64,000 nt of DNA from Roseibacillus sp. (lineage in GTDB: Bacteria; Verrucomicrobiota; Verrucomicrobiia; Verrucomicrobiales; Akkermansiaceae): the NCBI GenBank assembly GCA_965242925.1, contig CBDEUM010000033.1, forward strand, positions 1-64,000. Reading direction: 5' to 3'. Positions 1 through 10,594 of the stretch are shown here, piece after piece (positions within the stretch are counted from its first letter, which is position 1; the number at the start of each line of letters is the position of its first letter). The translations under genes were made by a program, and so were the position numbers. The notes under the pieces are model-generated. The model was given only the letters and a program-made list of their open reading frames with translations. It was not told where the DNA came from and searched no databases.

Positions 1-1
1 C

Positions 2-2185
2 CGTGGAGAGACCGTTGGCTGAATGATCTTCGGAGTCGCCATCGAAGGGCAGGTAGAGAACAAGGTCGTCGCGAAGGGTCCCGTTGTAAATCTGCACCGA
101 CTGCGACCGGGAAGGACAGTTATTGGGGTCGAGAGTGACCATCCGGATGGTGTAGTTGAATTCGACATGGCCAGGGACACTGATTCCGGGTGGGGCGTCG
201 AGGTAGCTCGCGGTGTCAATCGGGACGGTGGCGATCACGGTGCCATCGCGCAGAATTTCGATTTGGGCAGCAGTCGGAGCCCCCTCTGGATCCCAGCTAA
301 GGGTCACCGTCCCAGCCGAACTGTTGGGAAGAAGTGCAAAGCTCGAGAGGCACTGCGAGGGGCCGACCGAATCGATCAGATCACTGATTTCCTGCTCGCT
401 GAGGCCCCCCCGCCAGAGAGCGGCCTGGGTGATCTCTCCATTGAAGCGAATGTCCTCATTGTCGTCGGCGAAGGTTCCCACCATGAAGCCATTGAATGGA
501 ATCGGATCGTAGGTAATGAGCCCTGATGCAGGTGCACTTGCGACTTCAGCTCCGTCGACATAGAGCCGTACCACCGATCCGTCATAGACCCCGGCGAGGT
601 GATACCAGACGCCCGACTGGAAGAGCCCGGCTGGACTGGCCACATAAAGCATGGCATTGTTTTGGGTCGTTACGGCCCATCCAAATCGTCCATTGGACCT
701 GGTATGCAGATAGTAGCCGGACTCGGTAGCTCCGGTGTCGTATGCGATCCCTGTAATGCCGCCGTAGTCTGTAAAGAGGGCTGGTTTGACCCAAGCGCTG
801 ACCGTGAGCGCAGAGTTGGGCATGAAACGAATGTCGTTTCCGAACGACACCCATCCGTCTGCACTGGAAAGGCTCAGCCCCTTGCCGAGAATTTCCGTAT
901 TAATCCAGTTCGTGGCATCCAGTCCGTTGACGAAGGTGCCGTCCAGCCCACCGCCCAGGGCATCTGCGGTGGTGGTCCCCTCCCCCTCGTCGAAATTCCA
1001 GAGTCCCACGGCGGCAACTCCGGAGTCGGCGGTGAAACTCCAGACTTCCCCCTCGATCGTTTCCACTGCGGTCACGGTGTCGATCCGCCAATAGTAGGTC
1101 ACGTTCAGGTCGAGCGGACCGGGATCGAAAACAGTGCCGGGTTGAGCGCCACGAAACTCGGCGGCGCCCGGATTGGGAGTGGTTCCGAAGAACACCTCGT
1201 TGCCGAGCATGTTGGCGCCGGGCGTCCAACTCAAGACTGTCTCCAGGGGAACGTTGACGACGCCATCGGCCGGTTCCGGGGCCGTGGCCTGGAGGATCGG
1301 CTGATTGACCGGGCGTCCGTCCAGGTCCCAGGAAGCGTCGACTGCCCCGAGCATATGGTGGAGAATGGTGGGCGCGAAATCAACATTGGATGGCTGGAAC
1401 TCGATCGAGACCGGCGTGCCGTCCAGTCGGCTGAGCAGAAAGAAGACATTCATTTCATCGGCGGACGACCCGCCGTGACCTCCGCCATCGGTTCGTCCGT
1501 GATCGGTAGCCAGCAGCACCAACCACTCTTCATTGGAGATGGTGGGGCGGTTTTGGATCGCCACGATCAATTCGGCCATGTAGCCGTCGACGGTTTCAAC
1601 TCCCGCGATGGTCTGGGGCGCCAGGGTACCGTAACTGTGACCGAGAATATCGGGGTTGCCATAGTAGACGAAGATCGCATCCGGATCATCGTTGGTCAGG
1701 ATCTGTACCGCTTGCTGCGTCACTTGTGCATCCCCCGGACCGTAGCCGATGGTATCTCCGTCCAGGGTGATCCGATCGTCGACCTGGTTTGAGATCATGG
1801 TATTGAAGGGAAGCCAGTCGGTGACCGCTACAGTTTCAAGCGCCGGTTGTTGCTGCTCGAGTCGAGTCAGAACATCGGGATAGGTGTCGAAATGGAGAGG
1901 CGGCGGGAAGGAGTTGCCTGTCACTCCATGCTTGGCATTGCCGACCCCGGTGAGGATGTCGGACCATCCGGGACCGCTTGAGGTTGGAAACGAAACCGTC
2001 AGGGCATCGTCCCGATATGCCCCAGCTGCCACCAGGGCATCATAGTTGGGAGTAGCCGCCCGCGTGATCTGGTCGGGCCGCACGCCATCGATTCCCACCA
2101 GGAGAACTTTCGGGACTGCCCACGCCATGGGCCAGGTCAGGACTGCGCCGATCGCGGCGATGATGAGGAATCCATGTGCTTTCAT
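2..2185 (-). CDS. Secreted alkaline-phosphatase-superfamily (nucleotide pyrophosphatase/phosphodiesterase-like) protein with LamG-like C-terminal domains; runs off the left edge
   Basis: Not in the ORF track, presumably because it has no stop in the window. Manual translation of the N-terminal ~250 codons from ATG 2185 gives MKAHGFLIIAAIGAVLTWPMAWA (signal peptide), then KVLLVGIDGVRPD, TSSGPGWSDILTG, GNPDILGHSYG and ATDHG...GGHGG. The same frame reads LYLPFDGDSEDHSANG (LamG-like) at the window edge. Confidence 0.85.
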   Translation of the reverse strand, partial: MKAHGFLIIAAIGAVLTWPMAWAVPKVLLVGIDGVRPDQITRAATPNYDALVAAGAYRDDALTVSFPTSSGPGWSDILTGVGNAKHGVTGNSFPPPLHFDTYPDVLTRLEQQQPALETVAVTDWLPFNTMISNQVDDRITLDGDTIGYGPGDAQVTQQAVQILTNDDPDAIFVYYGNPDILGHSYGTLAPQTIAGVETVDGYMAELIVAIQNRPTISNEEWLVLLATDHGRTDGGGHGGSSADEMNVFFLLSRLDGTPVSIEFQPSNVDFAPTILHHMLGAVDASWDLDGRPVNQPILQATAPEPADGVVNVPLETVLSWTPGANMLGNEVFFGTTPNPGAAEFRGAQPGTVFDPGPLDLNVTYYWRIDTVTAVETIEGEVWSFTADSGVAAVGLWNFDEGEGTTTADALGGGLDGTFVNGLDATNWINTEILGKGLSLSSADGWVSFGNDIRFMPNSALTVSAWVKPALFTDYGGITGIAYDTGATESGYYLHTRSNGRFGWAVTTQNNAMLYVASPAGLFQSGVWYHLAGVYDGSVVRLYVDGAEVASAPASGLITYDPIPFNGFMVGTFADDNEDIRFNGEITQAALWRGGLSEQEISDLIDSVGPSQCLSSFALLPNSSAGTVTLSWDPEGAPTAAQIEILRDGTVIATVPIDTASYLDAPPGISVPGHVEFNYTIRMVTLDPNNCPSRSQSVQIYNGTLRDDLVLYLPFDGDSEDHSANGLST

Positions 2186-2234
2186 AGTGAGGGTGGGTGA
2201 AATTTGTCGTGCCGGGGGCCCTGATAACACCCGG

Positions 2235-4713
2235 TCAGGGACCAACGGGCTCCAGTCGAACTCGGACAAACTGGCGGTCGGGGGTTTCTCCTCCGGAGGG
2301 AGGATCAAGGCGGTAGAGGGCTTCCTCAATTCCATGCGCAATCTCGAGCGGTGATCCTATGGGAACAGCGCGCTCGCTCGCAGGCGTCCAGGTCTCCAAG
2401 TCGTTGGAAAGCTCGATAAGATAGCGAATGGAATCTGAGGTGTAGGAGCTACCATTAATAGTCCCCCCCGGAAGACGGCGATACGCAATGCGGAATTCTC
2501 CCATCTCGGATCGCACCTCAAGGAGAGCGGGATCATCCGGGGCGTTGGGGTTGGTTCCGAATCCCTGCTCCCCGAAGTTGTTGAGGCGATCCCCATCCGG
2601 GTTGTCGGAAGCACCCTGGCTCGAGATGTTGCCGAACTTCGCGACTTCCCAGGCGTCGCTGAGGCCGTCCGAATCGAAATCGACCGGGGCAACGGAAAAC
2701 TCGGCCAGGACACCGGCGTGATCAGATGGCCACCGCCCTTGCTCGATGGTGGTGAAGACCTGGCAGCTCACCACCGAAAGCGGCGCGCCTTTGAACTGCA
2801 CCATGTCAATGCGGTCCTGCACGTCGCCCGGGTCGATGGGAGTCCAAGTGGTGCCCGGCATCGCGACAGGATCGGGATACCTCACCCGGTAGGCGTCCAG
2901 CATGCCGGCACCTGCCGTGGCGCGGGTGACAGGCCAGTCGACCACCAGTCCGAAGTGCCGTCCAGCCGCGGCGGTGGCGGGAGTCCAGTCGAGGTGGGAA
3001 GGACAATTGAAGTCGCCGAGGAGCAGGACGGGCGTGGCATCGGCCGCAGCGAGCTGGCGGGACGCAGCGGAAAGAAAGCTGTTCACCTGGGCGACTCGGC
3101 CTGAATTGCGCTCGGAAGCCAAGGCAGCGGCGACCTTCGCGGCGTCCCCGCCTGAAGCGTCACGGGCATCATAGGGACCGTAGGGATAGGCGGTGAAGTG
3201 GCAGGCCCAGAAGTTTACTTCGCGCCGCGGGGAGCCCGAGATTCGCAGGCGAGCCCCTACCGAATTGCTGGCTGTGAAGGTGCGCACCACCGGGTAGCGG
3301 CTGAGCACGGCATTGTCGCTGCCCGACTGGTAGACGGACCAGCCGAGGTCGTTGGCCCACTGGGTGGCGCGGCCATTGTTCTCGGATACCGCTATGATAT
3401 CGGCGTCGGAGATCAGGATGGAGTCGAGTCCCTTGTAGTAGCCGTCACTGACATTTCCGGTGCCAACCCAGATGTTGAAAGAGAGGGCTTTGAGTCTCGG
3501 CAGGTGAATCGTTCCCGGGGTGAAGACCTCGATCTTGAGAGTGGCACTGGTCGTTGCCGCAGTGACGTCCGAGACTTCGATCACAAACTGATTGGCCCCG
3601 GCATCACCCGGCCCGGGCCTACCGCCGAGGGATCCGTCGGAAGCGATCGTGAGCCAGTCGGCCCCCCCCTTCTTGGAGAAAGTCACCCCCCCCACAACCC
3701 CGGATCGGACGTAGGCTCCCAGTTTTCCAGAGTATGGCTGACCGGTCACGGCATGAATTCGCCGAATGGGGTCGATGACAAAACGTGGTGCCGGGATGCC
3801 ATCTCCCACCGTGAAGCGGATCGGGCCCTGCTCGATGAGGTGACCATTGTCGAGGAAGAGACAGGCGTAGTAGGAGCCGTCAGCGAGGTTGAAGTCTCAT
3901 CTCTCCGTCAGGCACGTTGCCCCCTGCGGTCTGCGATCCGTTGAGGTAGTTCCAGGCGGTCGAGGATCCGATCGCGGGGGTGTCGCCGGCACGATAGACG
4001 CCCACCCAACTGTCCGGGTTGGCAGTTGCGCCCGCCCAGGTCGCGGTCAGTGATTCACCGCTCTCCAATTCAATCTCGTTCAAGGAGAACGCCGCGGTGT
4101 TCCCCGCGTCTTTGAAAATCTTCGCGACGGCTCTCTGGGCATTGTTGAGCTCAAGGGTGTACTCGCGGTTGGAGACCGGAGACACTTCGATGGAGAATTG
4201 TCCCAGGACATCGATCGGGCCGCTTCCATCGTCGAGAGTCAGACTGGTGACAGGCGGGTCAACACCGGTCACGGACCAGTTGAGGGTGATGGGCAGGCCC
4301 TCATCGATGAACTGGTGATCCGGACCGAAGCTCTGAATGATTGTCACGTCCGCAACCTCGAAATCGACCTTGGTGGTGATGGGAGTGTAGCCGTTGTTGG
4401 CGAGAAAGTGGGCGCTCCACTCGCCCGCGGAAAGTCCGGGAGAAGCAAAGGTCAGAGAGCCGTTCGCAAGGCCGCTGGTGGCAGTCCGGGTGCCGTTGAC
4501 ATAGAACCAGAGAGTGGAGCCGGGGTCGCCATCAGGGACCGTCCCGCGGGGATAGATTCCCACCCAGTCGGTCGCACTGCCCGGACCACCCGTCCACGAG
4601 GAAACAATATCCTGGCCCGGGGCATAGATCGCCTGATCGAGAGTGAAGGTCGTCTGGGCAAGGCCCATCCCTGCCGCCCCAATGAAGAAGACAATGATTT
4701 TTACGAAATTCAC
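2235..4713 (-). CDS. Secreted endonuclease/exonuclease/phosphatase (EEP) family protein with N-terminal Ig-like modules; split by a +1 frameshift at ~3896
   Basis: ORFs 3880..4713 and 2235..3809 join if one base is removed: gaagtCtcat here versus gaagttcat in the paralog at 6391. EEP motifs present: SFNIW, AVSE, LLGDFN, DRIDMV, WPSDHAGV. C-terminal DFDSDGLSDAWE...GTNP tail. Confidence 0.85.
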
Positions 4714-7700
4714 GGCAAGGGTTGATCACGGTAGATCCTTTGCTTCGTGATGACAACCAGAACAGTCCCTCCCGGGATCCCGATGGGCTGATTGCTGCTT
4801 CTGCCGGATTTCTTCCCGGATCAAATCCCGTCGCTAGGGAATCTGCACCCTCATATTATCCAGAGAAAGTCCGCTGAAGATATCAGCACTACTGTCGCTG
4901 GAAAACTGGAACTCTATGATGACCGATTCTCCAATTACTGCCTCAGGAACCAATACCTCGATAGATGTGTAATCAATATCCAGGATCGTCATATCGATGA
5001 CCACTTCCTCTCCGAGAAGAACTTCGTCGGCAGCCCGCAGGAAGCGAACACCCGCAGTGTCGGATATTCCGTCGGCATCGCGGAATGCTTCAAAGGTCAA
5101 CTCAGCTGCAGCCACCCCCGAAAAGTCGATGGGCGGAGAGCGAAGAGAGATATCGGCGTCAGGACCATAGTCCCCCAGATTGGTGCACCAGGCGTTGGCT
5201 GAACCACCGGCCCCGGTGAGGGGCCCGGTTGAGCCATTCGGGGATCCCAGTTCCCACCGCGTGTTTCCGAGACCACCATTCACCTGGGTGGTCCAACCCG
5301 CTGCTCCGCTTTCCAGGTCATCAAAAAAGAGCGGTGGCGGATTCTTCTCACGGATCGCCACGAAACCCTCTCCCTGGAAGGGCGGGTCGATGACCAGGGT
5401 ATTCCTACCGGAGGGATCGGCTTCAATGTCCTGCGCCCCGGCCAATCCGGCCCATGACTCTCTGGGAGAGGAGAGATCAGGGCTGACCAGAATGTCATAG
5501 AGTTTTCCCGAGGCACTCTTCCAGGAAAGCTCAAGGCCACCACCGGGCGCAGAACCAACCGCCAATCCGAGAGCATCAAGTCCGGACGATTTAAAATAGA
5601 TTCCTCCTGAATGCGCCGCGCCCAGTTCTGACGCGGTCGTTTCGTCTATGATCTGATCAAGAAACGCGATGGCGCTCACCAGAATCTCATGAGTATCACC
5701 ACTATCGTCACCGAACAGTTTGACCTGGGGGGCCGAATCCTGAACCGTGTAGAGAGAGAACCTCCCATCCAGGAGCCCGGCTCCGCTGTGCTGGTGGACC
5801 AGCGCCCCGTCCACGAAATACTTGACGATCCCGGCCTCGAGATCTGCCGTGAAAATCACTCTTTGCCATGCGTCCGCGGTGAACGCCCCGTCGGGTGAAT
5901 ACCCAAGGTCTCCAATGCCGAGAGCAGCGCTCGAACTGACAAAGAAGTCCGCATCATTGGCATTCCCGGGATTTGTATTGAAGAACGGGGTCCAGTCCAG
6001 GGGTGAGGGAACGAGGACATCAAAAACAAAAGTGAACTGATTGAGATATTGTCCCCCTCCATTCGGTCCGACCGAAAGAAACGAAAGATCTATTCCCTCG
6101 GTGGGAGCCCCGAAGGCAGGTACCCTGAGATAGGAAACCGGTCCACCGCTCATGTGGGGAACCAGGCCGTTGTCCGAATTCTCCCAGGAAACAAGGGCCT
6201 CACTATTGCCGGCAAACGTCAGAACAGAATCACCGGAGATCGCATCCAGGGTCCCGTTCATGTGCCATTCCGTCATGGCGTCCCCCGTCGCTGGGCTGCC
6301 ATCTCCCACCGTGAAGCGGATCGGGCCCTGCTCGATGATGTGACCATTGTCGAGGAAGAGACAGGCGTAGTAGGAGCCGTCAGCGAGGTTGAAGTTCATC
6401 TCTCCGTCAGGCACGTTGCCCCCTGCGGTCTGCGATCCATTGAGGTAGTTCCAGGCGGTCGAGGATCCGGTGTCGGGGGTGTCGCCGGCACGATAGACGC
6501 CCACCCAACTGTCCGGGTTGGCAGTTGCGCCGACCCAGGCCACGGTCAGTGGGTCACCGCTCTCCAATTCAATCTCGTTCAAGGAGAACGCCGCGGTGTT
6601 CCCCGCGTCTTTGAAAATCTTCGCGACGGCCCTCTGGGCATTGTTGAGCTCAAGGACATACTCGCGGTTGGAGACCGGAGACACTTCGATGGAGAATTGT
6701 CCCAGGACATCGATCGGGCCGCTTCCATCGTCGAGAGTCAGGCTGGTGACAGGCGGGTCAACACCGGTCACGGACCAGTTGAGGGTGATGGGCAGGCCCT
6801 CATCGATGAACTGGTGATCCGGACCGAAGCTCTGAATGATTGTCACGTCCGCAACCTCGAAATCGACCTCGGTGGTGATGGGAGTGTACCCGTTGTTGGC
6901 GAGAAAGTGAGCGCTCCACTCGCCCGCGGGAAGTCCGGGAGAAGCAAAAGTCAGAGAGCCGCCCACAAGGCCGCTGGTGGCGGTCTGGCTACCGTTGACA
7001 TAGAGCCAGATAGTGGAACCGGGGTCGCCATCAGGGACCGTCCCGCGGGGATAGATTCCCACCCAGTCGGTCGCACTGCCTGGACCGCCCGTCCACGAGG
7101 ATACAATATCCTGGCCCGGGGCATAGACCGCCTGATCGAGAGTGAAGGTCGTCTGGGCAAGTCCCAGACCTGCCGTCCCAATGAAAAAGACAATGATCCT
7201 TGCACAATTCATGATGAGGAATAATCACGGTAGATCCTTTGCTTCGTGATGACAACCAGAACAGTTCGTCCCGGGATCCCGGTGGAAGGATTACTGCTTC
7301 TGCCGATTTCCCCGGAGTCAGATCCCGGCCCTACGGGATCTGCACCTTGACATTGTCCAGAGAAAGCCCGCTGAAGACATCCGCACTGCTGTCGCTGGAA
7401 AACCGGAACTCTATGATGGCCGATTCTCCAATTGCTGCCTCAGGAACCAATACCTCGATAGATTCATAATCACTGTCAAAGACCGACATATCGAGAATGA
7501 AATCCTGACCGAGAGCAACCAGGTCCCCTGCACGGAGAAAGCGCACCACCGCGGTGTCCCCGAAGCCATCAGCGTCCCGGAAGACAGCGAAGGAAAGTTC
7601 CGCTTCGCTCACGCCAGTCAGGTCGATGGCAGGTGAGCGAAGGGAGATATTGGAATCAGTCCCGTAGTCGCCGAGGTTGGTGCACCAGGCGTTGGCTGAA

Positions 7701-8790
7701 CCATCGGCCCCGGTGAGAGGCCCGGTTGAGCCATCCGGGGATCCCAGTTCCCACCGGGTATTCCCGAGACCATCATTCACAAGGGTGGTCCAACCCACTG
7801 CTCCGCTTTCCAGGTCATCAAAAAAGAGCGGTGGCGGATTCTTCTCACGGATCGCCACGAATCCCTCCCCGGGGAAGGGCAGGGCGATGACCAGGGTATT
7901 CCTACCGGAGGGATCGGCTTCAATATCCTGCGCCCCGGCCAATCCGGCCCATGACTCCCTGGGAGAGGAGAGATCAGGGTTGACCAGGATGTCATAGAGT
8001 TTTCCCGAGGCACTCTTCCAGGAAAGCTCAAGGCCACCACCGGGCGCAGAACCAACCGCCAATCCGAGAGCATCAAGTCCGGACGATTTGAAATAGATTC
8101 CACCTGAATGCGCCGCGCCCAGTTCTGACGCGGTCGTTTCTTCAATGGTCTGATCAAGAAACGCGATGGCGCTCACCAGAATCTCATGAGTCTCACCATT
8201 ATCGTCACTGAACAGTTTAACCTGGACAGCCTCAAAATCCTGACCCGTGTAAAGAGAGAACCTCCCATCCAGGAGCCCGGCTCCGCTGTGCTGGTGAACC
8301 AACACCCCGTCCACGAAATACTTGACGAGCCCGGCCCCGAGATCTGCCGTGAAGATCACTCTTTGCCATGCGTCCGCGATGAACGTCCCGGCGGGTGAAT
8401 ACCCGAGGTCTCCAATGCCGAGAGCAGCGTCCGAACGCACAAAGAAGTCCGAATCATTGGCATTTCCGGGATTCGTATTGAAGAACGGGGTCCAGTCCAG
8501 GGGTGAAGGAACGAGGACATCAAAGACAAAGGTGAACTGATTGAGATATTGCCCCCCTCCATTCGGCCCGACCGCAAAAAACGAAAGATCTATTCCCTCG
8601 GCAGGAGCCCCGAAGGCAGGCACCCTGAGATAGGAAACCGGTCCCCCGCTCATGTGGGGAACCAGGCTGTTGTCCGAGGTCTCCCAGGAAACAAGGGCCT
8701 CACTGTTGCCGGCAAACGTCAGAACAGAATCACCGGAGATCGCATCCAGGGTCCCGTTCATGTGCCATTCCGTCAGGGCGTCCCCCGTTG
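3791..8790. repeat. Diverged ~2.5-kb direct tandem duplication (units 3791-6290 and 6291-8790)
   Basis: 3797 tgccatctcccaccgtgaagcgg recurs at 6297. 4740 ttgcttcgtgatgacaaccag recurs at 7239. The 5180 block recurs at 7677 and the 6049 block at 8549. The offset stays at 2497-2500. Confidence 0.95.
4834..7212 (-). CDS. Secreted multi-module protein with no recognisable catalytic domain (two DWVGIY/DSWVGVY Ig-like modules, LamG-like domain, C-terminal beta domain); chimera of its two neighbours
   Basis: 792-aa ORF. The N-terminal ~305 aa nearly match the EEP gene N-terminus and the rest closely matches the GDPD gene C-terminus. Confidence 0.85.
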   Translation of the reverse strand: MNCARIIVFFIGTAGLGLAQTTFTLDQAVYAPGQDIVSSWTGGPGSATDWVGIYPRGTVPDGDPGSTIWLYVNGSQTATSGLVGGSLTFASPGLPAGEWSAHFLANNGYTPITTEVDFEVADVTIIQSFGPDHQFIDEGLPITLNWSVTGVDPPVTSLTLDDGSGPIDVLGQFSIEVSPVSNREYVLELNNAQRAVAKIFKDAGNTAAFSLNEIELESGDPLTVAWVGATANPDSWVGVYRAGDTPDTGSSTAWNYLNGSQTAGGNVPDGEMNFNLADGSYYACLFLDNGHIIEQGPIRFTVGDGSPATGDAMTEWHMNGTLDAISGDSVLTFAGNSEALVSWENSDNGLVPHMSGGPVSYLRVPAFGAPTEGIDLSFLSVGPNGGGQYLNQFTFVFDVLVPSPLDWTPFFNTNPGNANDADFFVSSSAALGIGDLGYSPDGAFTADAWQRVIFTADLEAGIVKYFVDGALVHQHSGAGLLDGRFSLYTVQDSAPQVKLFGDDSGDTHEILVSAIAFLDQIIDETTASELGAAHSGGIYFKSSGLDALGLAVGSAPGGGLELSWKSASGKLYDILVSPDLSSPRESWAGLAGAQDIEADPSGRNTLVIDPPFQGEGFVAIREKNPPPLFFDDLESGAAGWTTQVNGGLGNTRWELGSPNGSTGPLTGAGGSANAWCTNLGDYGPDADISLRSPPIDFSGVAAAELTFEAFRDADGISDTAGVRFLRAADEVLLGEEVVIDMTILDIDYTSIEVLVPEAVIGESVIIEFQFSSDSSADIFSGLSLDNMRVQIP

Positions 8791-10594
8791 GAGCCGGGGC
8801 GGTGGTGAATTCCCAGACCACTCCCGTGACAGTTCCGTTATCGGTGATTGAGTCCACCCTCCAATAATAGGTCGTCTCGGGTTCAAGGCCTTCAACCTGA
8901 TAAACGCTGGCATTCGTATCAGCCAGAAACCCCGGCGGGTTCGTAGTGCCCAGGTAAAGTTCGTGGCCCATGATCTGCCCCTCCGCCAGGGTCCACGAGA
9001 GCACCGGACTCCTGCCCAGGTTCGAAACCCCGTCCTCCGGGCCGGGATTGCTCGCAGCCGCTACCTGCTGCGGCTGGATCATACTCATGATCAAGGGAAT
9101 ATCCGTTTCGATGTAGTCAACCCCCGCATTGGCTAGTTCGACCATGGTGTCGGGGTCCAGAACCGTGTAAACCTCAACAATCATCCCCTCCCCCTTGGCT
9201 GCTGCGGAGAACTCAAGACTCGCACCTCCGTAGCCATAGGAAAATCCGATGACCCCTAATTCCCGGAGATCGTCAAAATAGTCAGGGTCCGTGCGCCAGG
9301 TTGCATCCGGTGCCCCCCAGAGAATCTTGGCCTCGGGCAGCACGGCTCGAATCTGGTTTGCATAATTCGCGTCCCCCGGGGTCCAGAACCATAGATCTTC
9401 GATCGGGAAACCACTGGCGTTGACCGCGTCGGCGAATCCCCGGGCCTGGCCGCCCGTCTTGATATCCAGGTAAATGATTCCCTTCCCCTTGGACGAAATC
9501 AGAACTTCCTCAAGGGTTGGAACCCTGGTGCCTGCAAAATGAGGTGAGAACCACGATCCCGCGTCCAAATCCTTTACCTGGGCCAGGGTCAGGGAGGCAA
9601 TATCACCAGTCCCGTCCGTAGTCCGGTCCACGGTCGCATCATGAAATACAACAACGACTCCGTCACTGGTCATGCGCGTGTCAATCTCAGTCCCGACAGC
9701 CCCGTCAAGAAATGCCTGCTCGATTGCAGGCAGGGTATTTTCGGGAGCACACGCTGAAGACCCTCGATGCCCCAGCGCACTGACCGAACGGGACATGCGT
9801 CTCTCGTAAACCGGTGCGACCGGTCCCGGCTCATCCGCTCCCAGTGGGTTCACCCCTCCCAGGGCCACGACCTCCTCATAGGGTAATTTCCGGTCGCTGA
9901 TGGATACGCTGGCGACATAGCCAGCCGCCGTATCGTTGTTTTCGTCAGCAAACATCAGGAGATCCGACGCGATCGCCCATCTCTCACCCAACCCGCTTCC
10001 CGTCGTCCCCAGGGCCCCGACCAGCTGCCCGTCAACGTATCGCATGGCCTGCCCTTCGCCCGGGGCGGCCCTTACCGACCAGACGATCCGGTGCCAGGTG
10101 TCGGGTTTGATCTCTCCACGATAATTACCACTGATTCCGATCCCATTCGCGGGACTTACAAAAAAGTCGCCGTCGTCGCTGTTCAAAAGGTTCGTCTGCA
10201 GAAGAGACCGCCAAACGTTCGATGACGCCGACGGAAACAGAACGTCCATCACAACGGTGTAGTTTGAGACATAACCAAGATCTTCCCCGTAGGGCCCGTT
10301 GGGAGCGAAATCCGTCTCAATCTTGTATCCCTGTGCACCGCTACAGGCTGGAAACGCCATCACCTGCATGTCCTGCCCCATGGCGAGAGGCAATCCAAAG
10401 GCGGAGGCAGACCCATATGCCGTTTCCAGATCCCCCCACCCGCTTGCGGTCGGATCATAATACTCAAGGGAGGACGATCCTGATTTCCGGGCAAAGCGGT
10501 TTCCCTCATCGTCGAAGATCCATGTTGTCTGATCGCAGAAGGCTGCTGGTCTCAACAGCAACAGCACGAGAAGAAGCAAGGGCAACGCACGCAT
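7331..10594 (-). CDS. Secreted glycerophosphodiester phosphodiesterase (GDPD) domain protein with two LamG-like domains and an FN3-like segment
   Basis: Signal peptide MRALPLLLLVLLLLRPAAFC; GDPD motifs GHRG, PENT, EIDTRMTSDG, HDATVDRTTDG, PTLEE, LDIK, VYTV, IETD. Confidence 0.9.
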   Translation of the reverse strand: MRALPLLLLVLLLLRPAAFCDQTTWIFDDEGNRFARKSGSSSLEYYDPTASGWGDLETAYGSASAFGLPLAMGQDMQVMAFPACSGAQGYKIETDFAPNGPYGEDLGYVSNYTVVMDVLFPSASSNVWRSLLQTNLLNSDDGDFFVSPANGIGISGNYRGEIKPDTWHRIVWSVRAAPGEGQAMRYVDGQLVGALGTTGSGLGERWAIASDLLMFADENNDTAAGYVASVSISDRKLPYEEVVALGGVNPLGADEPGPVAPVYERRMSRSVSALGHRGSSACAPENTLPAIEQAFLDGAVGTEIDTRMTSDGVVVVFHDATVDRTTDGTGDIASLTLAQVKDLDAGSWFSPHFAGTRVPTLEEVLISSKGKGIIYLDIKTGGQARGFADAVNASGFPIEDLWFWTPGDANYANQIRAVLPEAKILWGAPDATWRTDPDYFDDLRELGVIGFSYGYGGASLEFSAAAKGEGMIVEVYTVLDPDTMVELANAGVDYIETDIPLIMSMIQPQQVAAASNPGPEDGVSNLGRSPVLSWTLAEGQIMGHELYLGTTNPPGFLADTNASVYQVEGLEPETTYYWRVDSITDNGTVTGVVWEFTTAPAPTGDALTEWHMNGTLDAISGDSVLTFAGNSEALVSWETSDNSLVPHMSGGPVSYLRVPAFGAPAEGIDLSFFAVGPNGGGQYLNQFTFVFDVLVPSPLDWTPFFNTNPGNANDSDFFVRSDAALGIGDLGYSPAGTFIADAWQRVIFTADLGAGLVKYFVDGVLVHQHSGAGLLDGRFSLYTGQDFEAVQVKLFSDDNGETHEILVSAIAFLDQTIEETTASELGAAHSGGIYFKSSGLDALGLAVGSAPGGGLELSWKSASGKLYDILVNPDLSSPRESWAGLAGAQDIEADPSGRNTLVIALPFPGEGFVAIREKNPPPLFFDDLESGAVGWTTLVNDGLGNTRWELGSPDGSTGPLTGADGSANAWCTNLGDYGTDSNISLRSPAIDLTGVSEAELSFAVFRDADGFGDTAVVRFLRAGDLVALGQDFILDMSVFDSDYESIEVLVPEAAIGESAIIEFRFSSDSSADVFSGLSLDNVKVQIP

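Noticed and set aside
599..1792. 397-aa plus-strand ORF (also 23..526)
   Set aside because: Antisense shadow of the minus-strand phosphatase gene, which has clear motifs.
6049..7224. 391-aa plus-strand ORF and similar long antisense ORFs (for example 25825..27156, 47661..49022, 53361..54827, 61737..62948)
   Set aside because: Shadows opposite well-supported genes; expected in GC-rich DNA; no motifs.
3791..8790. Duplication as a DGR template/variable repeat or a pure assembly duplicate
   Set aside because: No reverse transcriptase, differences are not adenine-specific, and the copies are clearly diverged with an in-frame unique junction.
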